The notes below the pieces were generated by a model. The model was given only the letters and a program-made list of their open reading frames with translations, had not been told where the DNA came from and ran no database searches. From Candidatus Latescibacterota bacterium (GTDB taxonomy: Bacteria; Latescibacterota; UBA2968), in NCBI GenBank assembly GCA_965198115.1, contig OZ240241.1, positions 1,472,001 through 1,536,000 on the forward strand: a stretch of DNA of 64,000 nt, read 5' to 3'. This document shows positions 20,154 through 29,378 of the stretch, piece by piece. Position 1 is the stretch's first letter, and each line of letters begins with the position of its first letter. The position numbers and the translations under genes are program-made.

Positions 20154-21761
20154 ATGACCGGCGGCGAAATTCTTGTCGAATGCCTTAAGGCTCAGGGTGT
20201 CCGTGACATCGCGGGGATGCCCGGAAACCAGAATATCTGGATTTACGATGCTATTCTGCAACGGGGTGGGATCGCCCATCGGTTGATCCGCAACGAGCAG
20301 GGGGCGACCCTCATCGCAAACGGATACGCAAGAGCGTCCGGCGAGGTCGGCGTCGCACTGACCGTGCCCGGACCCGGGTCGACCAACGCGTCCACCGGAG
20401 TGGTCGATGCATACACCGACTCGGTCCCGGTCCTGCTCGTCACGGGAGGGACCGAGGTGGCGTTCGACGGTCGCGACCGGAGCAAGTGCTTTCACGGACT
20501 CGACCAGGAGGCCTTCTTCGCACCGATCACACGGGCCTTCGAGCGTCCCGCATCGATCGATGAGATCCCCGGCGCGGTCGAGCGCGTTTTCAAGGCCCTT
20601 CGCGCCTGCCGGCCAGGGCCTGCCGTTCTCGAACTGCCCGTAGACGTCGCCTCGGCCACGGGCAACGCTGACATCCCTTCATTCATCGAACCCGAGCACC
20701 CGACGGTCGACGAAACTGCCCTCCGAAGAGCCGCGGAAGCGATCGCCGGGTTCGAACGGCCGGTCATTCTCGCGGGCAAGAACGTCAGCGATGCCGAAGC
20801 GACGGACACCTTGCGGACCGTGGCCGAAACACTCGGGGCCCCCGTCGCATTGACCCGGCTCGGAAAGGGCGCTCTTTCCGATCGGCACGACCTGAACGTC
20901 GGTCACTGCAGCGCCAAAGCGGCTCGAGCTGTCTACGCCGAAGCCGACGGTCTGATCGCCATCGGCTGTCGCTTTACCCAGATCGATACGCGCGGATGGT
21001 CCCTGCCTCTTCCCGAGCGCTGCGTGCAGTTCGACCCGGACCCCAAAGAACTCGGGCGTGAACATCCGATCGAATGCGGTGTCGAAGGTCATCTGCGAGA
21101 CTCCCTTGCGGCGCTGGCGCCGCTCCTCGAAGTCCATAACGGCACGTGGTCGGATCGCTGCCGCAGCATCCGCAAAGAGATTGTCGAATCACGTCCTCCC
21201 CTCGAGCTCGTCGACCACGTCAGAAATCACGTCGACGACGACGCCATCTTCTCCGTCGATGTCACGTCCGTCGGCTACCGCACTTTCGACGAGCTCCCGA
21301 TCTACGGTCCGCGTGACTTCCTGTATCCCAGCCACTCCGTGACCCTCGGGTTCGCCCTCCCTGCCGCCATCGGCGCAAAGATTGCCTGCCCGGACCGCCA
21401 GGTTATAGCCGTCTGCGGCGACGGCGGCTACATGATGACCGCATTCGAGCTCGCCACAGCTGTCGAACACAGTCTGGACCTCACCGTCATCGTGTCGAAC
21501 GACGGGAGTCTCAGCGCAATTCGCGGCGCTCAGGCCAATGCGTTCGACGGTCGCGTCATCGACACGGACATGCACGTGCCACGGATCGCCGACGGCGCCA
21601 CCGCTACAGGAGCACGCGGTATTCGTGTCGACGACCCGGCGCGTTTCGGAGCGGTCTTCGACGACACGTTCGGTCTCGAAGGACCGACCGTCATTGAAGT
21701 CATGCTCCAGGAACAGCGGGACGCCATCATCAAACGCGTCCCGTGGCTGTTTCCGGATTGA
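20154..21761 (+). CDS. Thiamine pyrophosphate-dependent enzyme (acetolactate synthase/decarboxylase-like)
   Basis: IRNEQGA, VPGPGSTN, GDGG...SND TPP motif. Confidence 0.9.
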   Translation: MTGGEILVECLKAQGVRDIAGMPGNQNIWIYDAILQRGGIAHRLIRNEQGATLIANGYARASGEVGVALTVPGPGSTNASTGVVDAYTDSVPVLLVTGGTEVAFDGRDRSKCFHGLDQEAFFAPITRAFERPASIDEIPGAVERVFKALRACRPGPAVLELPVDVASATGNADIPSFIEPEHPTVDETALRRAAEAIAGFERPVILAGKNVSDAEATDTLRTVAETLGAPVALTRLGKGALSDRHDLNVGHCSAKAARAVYAEADGLIAIGCRFTQIDTRGWSLPLPERCVQFDPDPKELGREHPIECGVEGHLRDSLAALAPLLEVHNGTWSDRCRSIRKEIVESRPPLELVDHVRNHVDDDAIFSVDVTSVGYRTFDELPIYGPRDFLYPSHSVTLGFALPAAIGAKIACPDRQVIAVCGDGGYMMTAFELATAVEHSLDLTVIVSNDGSLSAIRGAQANAFDGRVIDTDMHVPRIADGATATGARGIRVDDPARFGAVFDDTFGLEGPTVIEVMLQEQRDAIIKRVPWLFPD

Positions 21762-21777
21762 CCTGGAAGGAAATCGC

Positions 21778-22803
21778 GTGGCCAAAAAGACGATGCTGAT
21801 GTTGGGCGGAAGCGGAATGGCTGGGGGGTGGCTCAAACGTTGGACGACCAACTTCTCCGACCGCGTCGACGTCATCGGACTCGTCGATGTCCTCCCCGAA
21901 GTGCTCGAGGAACAGGGAGAGGCGCTCGGAATCCCGACCAATCGGAGATTCACGTCGACCAAAGACGCGATCGCAACGTGCAAGGCCGACTTCGTAGGAG
22001 TGGCCACACCACCCCAATTCCACGAAGAGGGCGTCGTTGCCGCCCTCGACGGTGGCATGCCCGTCATCACAGAGAAACCCATCTCGAACACGCTGGAATC
22101 CGCCAAACGGATGGTCGCTGCCTCCGATCGAACGGGTTTACCGTGCGCCGTCATCCAGAACTATCGCTACGAACCGAACAAGCAGGAACTCGTCCGCATC
22201 AGGAACGAAGGACGTCTTGGGCGCCTTCAACACATCCTGGGTCGTTATGCGTGCGATTATCGAAGACGCGGATCGTGGGGAAAGGAATGGCGTCACACCA
22301 TGGACTTCGGCCTCCTCTTCGAAGGCTCCGTCCACCACTTTGATATGTTGCGTTTTCTGTCAGGGGGAGATTGTGAGACCCTGGTCGGTTTCGGATGGAA
22401 TCCGGATTGGTCGAGTTTCGAGCACTTCTCGAGCGGCATGTATCTCATGAAAATGACCAACGGCGTCCACAGCTTCTACGAGGGCAACAGCTCGGCTGCG
22501 GGGATCGTCAACTGTTGGCACAACGAGTACTATCGCGCCGAATTCGAAGAAGGAAGCGTCGAGGTCGTCGATACCGACAAGGTTACGGTCACGCGCGTCG
22601 GCCAAGCACCCGAGGCCTACAACGCGCCGCCTCTCAAATGGGAGAATCACGACCATCTCTTCGAGGAATTCCTGGAATGGCTCGACGGCGGGCCACCCTC
22701 GGAGACACGTATCCAGGACAATATTCAAAGCTTCGCCATGGTCATCGCCGCCATGGAAACCACACTCGACGGCAAGCCCAAGCTCATCGCTGACTTTGTG
22801 TAA
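21778..22803 (+). CDS. Gfo/Idh/MocA oxidoreductase
   Basis: GGSGMA, TEKP, QNYRY, SVHHFD. Confidence 0.88.
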   Translation: MAKKTMLMLGGSGMAGGWLKRWTTNFSDRVDVIGLVDVLPEVLEEQGEALGIPTNRRFTSTKDAIATCKADFVGVATPPQFHEEGVVAALDGGMPVITEKPISNTLESAKRMVAASDRTGLPCAVIQNYRYEPNKQELVRIRNEGRLGRLQHILGRYACDYRRRGSWGKEWRHTMDFGLLFEGSVHHFDMLRFLSGGDCETLVGFGWNPDWSSFEHFSSGMYLMKMTNGVHSFYEGNSSAAGIVNCWHNEYYRAEFEEGSVEVVDTDKVTVTRVGQAPEAYNAPPLKWENHDHLFEEFLEWLDGGPPSETRIQDNIQSFAMVIAAMETTLDGKPKLIADFV

Positions 22804-24114
22804 ATGAACATCGTCTTCGTCTTCTCCGACCAGCACAGGGCTTGCACGTCCAGTCTCGAAGGCGCCGCCGTTCGCACTCCCAACCTTGAGCGCACAGCGG
22901 CCGAAGGGATCGTCTTCCGCAACTGCATCTCGAACATCCCCGTCTGCACGCCCTGGCGCGCGGCATTCCTCACAGGTCAGTACCCCTTGACGAATGGCGT
23001 ATTCCTGAATGACGTGCGACTCTCCACCGACTACCCCACACTCGGAACCTGCCTGCGCGATGCTGGCTACCGCACCGGCTACATCGGCAAGTGGCATCTC
23101 GACGGCAATGAGCGATCGGCTTTCACGCCTCCGGGGCCCAGACGGCAGGGCTGGGACTATTGGGCATCGCTCAACTGCACCCACCGTTACACCGACTCAC
23201 GCTACTTCCTCAACGATGATCCCACTCCTCGGGCGTGGGGCGACTACGACGCGATCGGGCAGACCGACCTCGCGATCGAATTCATCGAGGAGAGCGCTCG
23301 GGGCTCCGCGCCGTTCGCCCTCGTCCTTTCCTGGGGACCTCCGCACAATCCCTACCGCGACCTGCCACAGCGCTACCTCGACGCCTACCCACCCAACGAA
23401 GTGGAAGTCCGCCCCAACTGTCCCGATCCGAATCGGGAGGATCTGGCGGGTTACTACGCGCACGTAACCGCACTCGACGAACAACTGGGGCGTATCCAGG
23501 ACGTCCTCGAGGAGACGGGCCTCATGGACGACACCGTGTTCGTCTATACCTCCGACCACGGGGACATGGTCGGCTCCCAGGGCGAGCAGCGGAAACAGAA
23601 GCCGTGGGATGAGTCGATTCGCGTTCCGTTCGTGATACGCTGTCCCGTACAAACCGGCAAAGGAATCACGTTACACAAGCCGATCAACGTAGTCGACCTC
23701 ATGCCCACCCTGCTCGGGCTGGCCGGGATCGAGATCCCCGACGCGGTAGAAGGCCGCGATCTCGGACCCCTCATGCGTGGAGACGAGCCGGACGGTGACG
23801 CTGCAGCCCTGACGATGTGCATCACTCCCTTTGCCGAGTACACCGGGCCGCCGTGGCGAGGGGTGCAGACCAGCCGATACACCTACACGCGTCGCCTCGA
23901 CGGCCCCTGGTTGCTCTACGACAACGTGTCGGATCCTTACCAACTCACGAACCTGATCGACGACCAAGATCACGCGGCGATCCGCGAAGACTTCGATGGT
24001 CGGTTGCAGCGGATGCTCGACGAGCGGGGTGACCCGTTTGAACCGGCCGCCTACTACATCGAGAAGTGGGGGTTCGACGTCGACGATCGGGGGGCGGTCC
24101 CCTACCACAGCTGA
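22804..24114 (+). CDS. Formylglycine-dependent sulfatase
   Basis: FSDQH, CTPWRA (CxPxR), GKWHL, TSDHG. Confidence 0.93.
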   Translation: MNIVFVFSDQHRACTSSLEGAAVRTPNLERTAAEGIVFRNCISNIPVCTPWRAAFLTGQYPLTNGVFLNDVRLSTDYPTLGTCLRDAGYRTGYIGKWHLDGNERSAFTPPGPRRQGWDYWASLNCTHRYTDSRYFLNDDPTPRAWGDYDAIGQTDLAIEFIEESARGSAPFALVLSWGPPHNPYRDLPQRYLDAYPPNEVEVRPNCPDPNREDLAGYYAHVTALDEQLGRIQDVLEETGLMDDTVFVYTSDHGDMVGSQGEQRKQKPWDESIRVPFVIRCPVQTGKGITLHKPINVVDLMPTLLGLAGIEIPDAVEGRDLGPLMRGDEPDGDAAALTMCITPFAEYTGPPWRGVQTSRYTYTRRLDGPWLLYDNVSDPYQLTNLIDDQDHAAIREDFDGRLQRMLDERGDPFEPAAYYIEKWGFDVDDRGAVPYHS

Positions 24115-24126
24115 ACGAGGAAAACC

Positions 24127-25230
24127 ATGAAAATCACGGACGTGAAATGTTTCCCGTGCTTTCACGGAAGTCGGAACTATTTGTTCGTGAAGGTCGAAAC
24201 GGACGAGGGCATCTACGGAGTCGGCGAATTCGGAATCACGTGGAAGGAACAGGCGGGAATCGGTGCGGTCGAGCACATGAAAACCGACCTCATCGGACAA
24301 GATCCGTTGAACACCGAGTATTTGTGGCAACTCCTGCTGAGGGGCGACTTTTTCCCCGGCGGGCGGATCAACATGGCTGCCCAGAGTGCAATCGATCTCG
24401 CCCTTTGGGACACCAAAGGCAAGGCGCTCGGGCAACCCGTCTACATGCTCCTGGGCGGCAGAATGCGGGATCGAGTCGTCTGCTACAAGGGCATCGGAGG
24501 AAAAACACCGGAAGCAACTGCTGCGGCTGCGAAGGAACGGGTGGCCGAAGGATGGAAATATCTGCGGCTGGGTGTGATGGATCGCGACGGCATCCTCGAA
24601 CCGCCCGTGGCCGTCCGCGAAGCCGTCGGTCCCGACATCGAAATCTGCATCGACGTCCACACGCGTCTCGACACACCCGACACGATTCGGTTGGGGCGGA
24701 AGTTGGAAGCCTACGACCCCTTCTTCATCGAAGATCCACTGAGATGCGAGAATCCGCAAAGCTACCGGCTCGTTAGACAGCAGGTCCCCGTCCCCCTGGC
24801 CATCGGCGAGCACTTTGCCACCAAATGGGAATTCCGTCAGTTGATCGAAGAAGAGCTGCTCGACTACGCCCGGATCGACCTCTGCATAGTGGGAGGGTTG
24901 ACGGAAGGACGTAAGATCGCCAACTGGTGCGAGACGCATTACATCAAAATAGTCCCGCATAACCCCCTCGGACCCGTATCCGCCGCCGCGTGTCTTCACC
25001 TCGACATCGCCACAGACAACTTCGCCGTGCAGGAAGCAGGCCTCGTCGGCAACACCGTGATGACCGATCTCTTTCCCGTGCAGGTCCCCTACGAGTCGGG
25101 TTACCTCCTCGCCCCGACCGGACCCGGTCTTGGCGTAGAGTTCAACGAGGAGGCCACCGCCAAGTATCCCTTCAAACCCCTCCACGGCCCACGGCTACAA
25201 CGAGAGGATGGATCATTCACTAACTGGTAG
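24127..25230 (+). CDS. Mandelate racemase/galactonate dehydratase-like enolase-superfamily enzyme
   Basis: SAIDLALWD, IDVH, FIEDP, IGE, PHNPLGP. Confidence 0.9.
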   Translation: MKITDVKCFPCFHGSRNYLFVKVETDEGIYGVGEFGITWKEQAGIGAVEHMKTDLIGQDPLNTEYLWQLLLRGDFFPGGRINMAAQSAIDLALWDTKGKALGQPVYMLLGGRMRDRVVCYKGIGGKTPEATAAAAKERVAEGWKYLRLGVMDRDGILEPPVAVREAVGPDIEICIDVHTRLDTPDTIRLGRKLEAYDPFFIEDPLRCENPQSYRLVRQQVPVPLAIGEHFATKWEFRQLIEEELLDYARIDLCIVGGLTEGRKIANWCETHYIKIVPHNPLGPVSAAACLHLDIATDNFAVQEAGLVGNTVMTDLFPVQVPYESGYLLAPTGPGLGVEFNEEATAKYPFKPLHGPRLQREDGSFTNW

Positions 25231-25235
25231 ACTGC

Positions 25236-25254
25236 GCCACTGAGGACACTGAGA
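25236..25254 (+). repeat. Inverted repeat downstream of the GxxExxY gene
   Basis: GCCACTGAGGACACTGAGA, 17/19 match to the reverse complement of 26912-26930. Confidence 0.75.
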
Positions 25255-25258
25255 TTCA

Positions 25259-25640
25259 CTACCCGCTCCTCAACGATCAGGTCGGCTGAGTAGTCCCCCA
25301 CCACGTGCCCCTTATACCAAACCTTGAGAAGGGCTTGAGAATGGATATCCAAGCCGGCCTCCTGTAGTTCGATACAGAGTGCTCTTTCGTACACAAAACC
25401 ATGCGCTTAATTCCCAAGCGTGGACGGCCGAAGTTGAGGAGCAGGCCTGTGTTGAGTCGCGTAGCCCTCAAATAGTTGAGAAGCTGAGCCTGGTGCACTC
25501 TCCCGATGTGGTCGATCGACTTCAACTCGAGCAGAGACCCTTTCCAAGAAACCGGACCCCAATGTCCGGTTGACGGTGATAGCGCACCCGATGATCTTCT
25601 CAGTCAGCTCGTCGTTCTTGATTTCAGCCAAACGCGCCAT
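25259..25640 (-). pseudogene. GxxExxY (PD-(D/E)XK) protein gene with internal blocks in swapped order
   Basis: Blocks read A (MARL..GFLERV), C (LLELKS..GLLLNFG..KRMVL), B (YERAL..ADLIVEERV); the family order is A-B-C. Confidence 0.88.
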
Positions 25641-25645
25641 CCTTA

Positions 25646-26907
25646 GTACTCCTGTTCTCAAATACGGTGACGTATTCTAAGCAGACTTTGCCAAGGGCGT
25701 ATCGTAGAACCTGAGTTTGTCGATCATCTCCGCGAGATCTGTTCGTGTGAACTTCCATTTGAAGGGTGTGGCGATACGTCCGTAGCGTTCCTGAAAACCG
25801 AGGATTCTTGCCTCAAGCTCTTCGAGCGATGCAAATTCGATAGGTGTCAGAGCCTTGCGTTTGAGGATCGAGAAGTAGATCTCGATCTGATTGAGCCAGC
25901 TTGCGTGGATCGGAAGGTGAACGGGGTGGATGTTTGGCCACTTCCCCTGGATACGGTCGATGCATGTTTGCCCTCGGTGCGAGGAGCCATTATCCACGAT
26001 GAGGTAGACTTTCTTTGCCGAGCAATAGGGTTTCCGGCTCATGATCAGGCTCAGGAGCCGGTTGAAGGGCTCGATACCCGAAGAAGACTCACAGAGACCG
26101 AAGATTCGACCATTGTGCACGTCGAGAGCAGCCAGATAGGCCAGGGCTCCTTTCCGCTCGTATTCGTGTTTCAACGCGTGCCGCTCTGTTCGAGGCTGGC
26201 GGTAGGGTAACGTGCTTGCGAGCTCGTGCTTGAATACTGGTCTTTTCGTCGGCAGAAAGTACATATTCCCTCGGCCCTAAAGGCTTTCCTTGCCATTGGC
26301 GGTGATACAGATCAAGGACTCTACCTGCTTTGGTTTGGAAGTCCGGGTCCCGTGGGAAAATCCAGGAGCGATGATACCAAGGACGAATCGCGTCCTCGTT
26401 CAACCAGCGCCAGACAGTGGCGCCGCTGATCTTGGCAACGAAGCCCCTTTGCACTGCCTCGGCGGCAATCTCGGAACAGCTGGACCGCGAGAGCGGTATC
26501 CCGCTCTCGCTCGGTAGTTCACACGCCAGCGCCTTGATCTGAACGACCACCTGAGGGGGGAAAACCGGGCGGGCGCCCGGGACGAGATCTATCTTCGAGT
26601 CCCGAAAGACGCTCTTCGAAAAAGCGCTTACGCCATTTGCTTACGATCGGACGCGGGACATCCAACCGTTGGGCGATAATCTTGTTGGATAATCCCTCGG
26701 CGGCGAGAAGCACGATTTTCGATCGGATCACTTGATAATACGGTAACGTATATTGTCCAGCCATTCGCTCGAGGTCGACCCGTTCCTTCTCAGACAGTAG
26801 CACCACATAAGGCGAACGTCTTGGCATTGTTCTCCTCCTTTTGAAGGAGAACATAAGCTACAAATAATGTTCAAGACATACGTAATAATGTTTATGAAAC
26901 CATGCAC
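25646..26907 (-). mobile_element. IS630-family IS, transposase with one extra frameshift
   Basis: HTH orfA from 26827 with slippery TTTTCCCCCC site, DDE motifs SADEK / IVDN / WLNQIE, extra base near 26170, TA on both sides, weak IRs. Confidence 0.88.
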
Positions 26908-26911
26908 TAAG

Positions 26912-26930
26912 TCTCAGTGATCTCAGTGGC
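26912..26930 (-). repeat. Inverted repeat upstream of the GxxExxY gene (separated from it by IS630)
   Basis: GCCACTGAGATCACTGAGA on the minus strand. Confidence 0.75.
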
Positions 26931-26968
26931 TGTCTTTGTCTTTCTATCATAGTCAGAGAGGTGTCCTG

Positions 26969-28138
26969 ATGCAAAGTGTGAGCGTTCCTTGGGCGTGTTG
27001 GTATGGTGAAGAGAAGTTCGAGATGACGTTCCCCGATGAATGGTCCCTCGAAGTGTGCGAAATGAAGGGCGGTCCAGACATCGGGGACGAGGGAATCCGT
27101 GAGGCATTCGCCAACCCGATCGGATCGCCGACCCTCTCCGAGGTCGCGAAGGGCAAGACTTCGGCGGCCATTCTTGTAGACGACCTGACGCGACCCACAC
27201 CGGCGGGGCGACTGATTCCCTACGTCCTCGAGGAGCTCGAAAAGGGCGGGATTCACGAAGACCAGGTGCGCATCATCGGGGCTGTCGCCGCCCACCGTGC
27301 GATGATTCGGGAAGACTTCGTCAAAAAGCTCGGGCAAGACATTGTCGATCGAATGCAGGTCCTCTGTCACAACGCAGACGACAACCTCGACTTTCTCGGC
27401 CACACGAGTCGGGGCATTCCGCTCTGGGTCAATCGCGACCTGATGGCCTGCGAAGTGCGCATCGCCCTCGGCATGATCACACCGCGGGGCGGTATCTTCG
27501 GCGGCGGGTCGAAACTTCTGCTACCGGGCGCGTGCGGCCGTGTGACGATCGCAGCAAACCATCGCTACATTCACGACGGATTCCGTGAGCACCTCGACGA
27601 AGTCGGTCGCATGGCCGGTTTGAGCTTCCTCGTAAATCCCTGTCTTAACCCTGAACGGGAGATCAATGCCGTCGTCACAGGCGACCCGGTCGACGCCTTC
27701 TGGCACGGGGTCGAGATCGGGAAAGAGGTCTACGCCTCACCTTTCCCCGACCGGCCCGACGTGGCAATCTTCAACGCCTGGCCTAAGGACGCCGAATTCA
27801 CCCAGGCGGGCATGGCCATGGTCCCCATACGAGGAGACAACCCACAAAAATTGAAGGACGACACGACCGTCGTCATCGCGACCGCTTCCCCCGAAGGCAT
27901 GGGATTCCATTCCGTTTTCGGACCCGGAGCCGAGCTGCGAGGAAAGCCCACACCCCAACGTTGGCGCACGATCATCTTCTCACCCAACCTCAACAAGTGG
28001 GACGTCCTCCTGTTGTATGGAGAACACGCCGCGTTTTGCAGGACCTGGGACGAGGTCATCGAGGAATTGGAAAAACACCACGGAAAAGACCTAAAAGCCG
28101 CTGTGTTCCCGTATGGGGCAATGCAGTATTGTGAGTGA
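26969..28138 (+). CDS. LarA-family (nickel-pincer racemase/epimerase) homolog
   Basis: ANPIGSPTL, DDLTRPTP, AHRAM, GGGSKLLLPG, ANH. Confidence 0.85.
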   Translation: MQSVSVPWACWYGEEKFEMTFPDEWSLEVCEMKGGPDIGDEGIREAFANPIGSPTLSEVAKGKTSAAILVDDLTRPTPAGRLIPYVLEELEKGGIHEDQVRIIGAVAAHRAMIREDFVKKLGQDIVDRMQVLCHNADDNLDFLGHTSRGIPLWVNRDLMACEVRIALGMITPRGGIFGGGSKLLLPGACGRVTIAANHRYIHDGFREHLDEVGRMAGLSFLVNPCLNPEREINAVVTGDPVDAFWHGVEIGKEVYASPFPDRPDVAIFNAWPKDAEFTQAGMAMVPIRGDNPQKLKDDTTVVIATASPEGMGFHSVFGPGAELRGKPTPQRWRTIIFSPNLNKWDVLLLYGEHAAFCRTWDEVIEELEKHHGKDLKAAVFPYGAMQYCE

Positions 28139-28245
28139 CACGCAGGAGAAGAGGGTCGACCCGGGCATACGGTCTGCGGAACCTGACCCCACCTCGAACG
28201 AGAGGAGTGCTTTTCACGTCGTCACCGAGGACTTAAACTGAGGCT

Positions 28246-28992
28246 ATGTCGACAGGTCTTCTGCTTTGGGTTGCCTTCTTCGCTCTGTGGCTCTTCGCAC
28301 TCTACAGAGCGACCCATCGGGCGTTTCCCGTCGTGGAAATCGGGGGGATTCGCAGCTCGGGCATCTCGTTCTCTCCCGGCCCGGTCTTCGCCCCCGCCAT
28401 CGTCTTCCACCTGGGTCTTGCGACCGTCCTGTGCGTGACGCTTCTGAGTATCGCCTTTCAGAATTTCCAAATGATGTGGTTCTGCCTACCGGGCGCGTGT
28501 GCTCCCACATTTCAGGGCGCCTACCTCGAGTATGAACGCCTGTCCGACGATGGTGCGAGGCAGATTCGGCGTGTCCCTTCATACTGGTTGAAGGAGCAGT
28601 GGCCGTTCGTCCTGCTCGGTGTCAGCATCGGGTTGGCGGGTGCCATCTGGGCGTGGCTCACGGGAAACCTGTTCCCACTCCTACTTCTCGGATTCAGCGC
28701 CTTCTTTCTGTTCGAATTCTGGTTTTTCTTTTCTCACTACAACGGAGTGGTCATCACACCCACCCGCCTCCGTTACGAGAGGAGCTTTCCGCGATGGCGC
28801 ACCTACACCTATGACAGAAGGCGCACCAAAGATCTGAACATCATCATGGAACGTCGGGGTCGGCGCGTTTACGACGTTCGCATCGAGGAACCCCACGAGA
28901 CCCCGATTGAACTGACGGCGAAGCTCTCTCCCTCGCAACGACTGCAGCTCGAACTCGAAGAGTACGAGCTTCGAAACGACCCTTCGGAATAG
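28246..28992 (+). CDS. Hypothetical membrane protein
   Basis: About 4 hydrophobic segments, GAGG RBS. Confidence 0.7.
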   Translation: MSTGLLLWVAFFALWLFALYRATHRAFPVVEIGGIRSSGISFSPGPVFAPAIVFHLGLATVLCVTLLSIAFQNFQMMWFCLPGACAPTFQGAYLEYERLSDDGARQIRRVPSYWLKEQWPFVLLGVSIGLAGAIWAWLTGNLFPLLLLGFSAFFLFEFWFFFSHYNGVVITPTRLRYERSFPRWRTYTYDRRRTKDLNIIMERRGRRVYDVRIEEPHETPIELTAKLSPSQRLQLELEEYELRNDPSE

Positions 28993-29009
28993 CCCGTGAG
29001 TAATCGATC

Positions 29010-29354
29010 GTGAGCAAGAACCTTAGAACGGTCTACACCACCGAGCACGGCCGAATTCAGCCAGAGTCTGAAACCTCGTCCAAGGGAAAACCCAACGTTC
29101 CAGCGATACCCAAGGATGGCATCGTTCGCGTGGGGCGAGAGACGAAAGGCAGAAAAGGTGCGGGCGTATCGGTCATTACGGGACTACCCCTTCCTCCCGA
29201 TGAACTCAAGAATCTGGCGCGTGAGCTGAAGAGCCGGTGTGGAAGCGGCGGTACGGTTCGAGGACGGACGATCGAGATCCAGGGAGATCATCGGGACAGG
29301 CTCGTCGAGCTGCTGACAGCAAAGGGATGGACCATCAAGCGGGCCGGCGGGTAA
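29010..29354 (+). CDS. yciH: SUI1-family translation initiation factor
   Basis: ETKGRKGAGVSVITGL, CGSGGT, IEIQGDHR. Confidence 0.93.
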   Translation: MSKNLRTVYTTEHGRIQPESETSSKGKPNVPAIPKDGIVRVGRETKGRKGAGVSVITGLPLPPDELKNLARELKSRCGSGGTVRGRTIEIQGDHRDRLVELLTAKGWTIKRAGG

Positions 29355-29378
29355 CACGCTCGATGATCACTAAAAGAA

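Noticed and set aside
23671-25185. 504-aa minus-strand ORF
   Set aside because: Antisense to the sulfatase and dehydratase in high-GC DNA, with no recognisable motifs.
28150-28195. Possible degenerate REP after the larA-like gene
   Set aside because: Too degenerate to support from a single copy.
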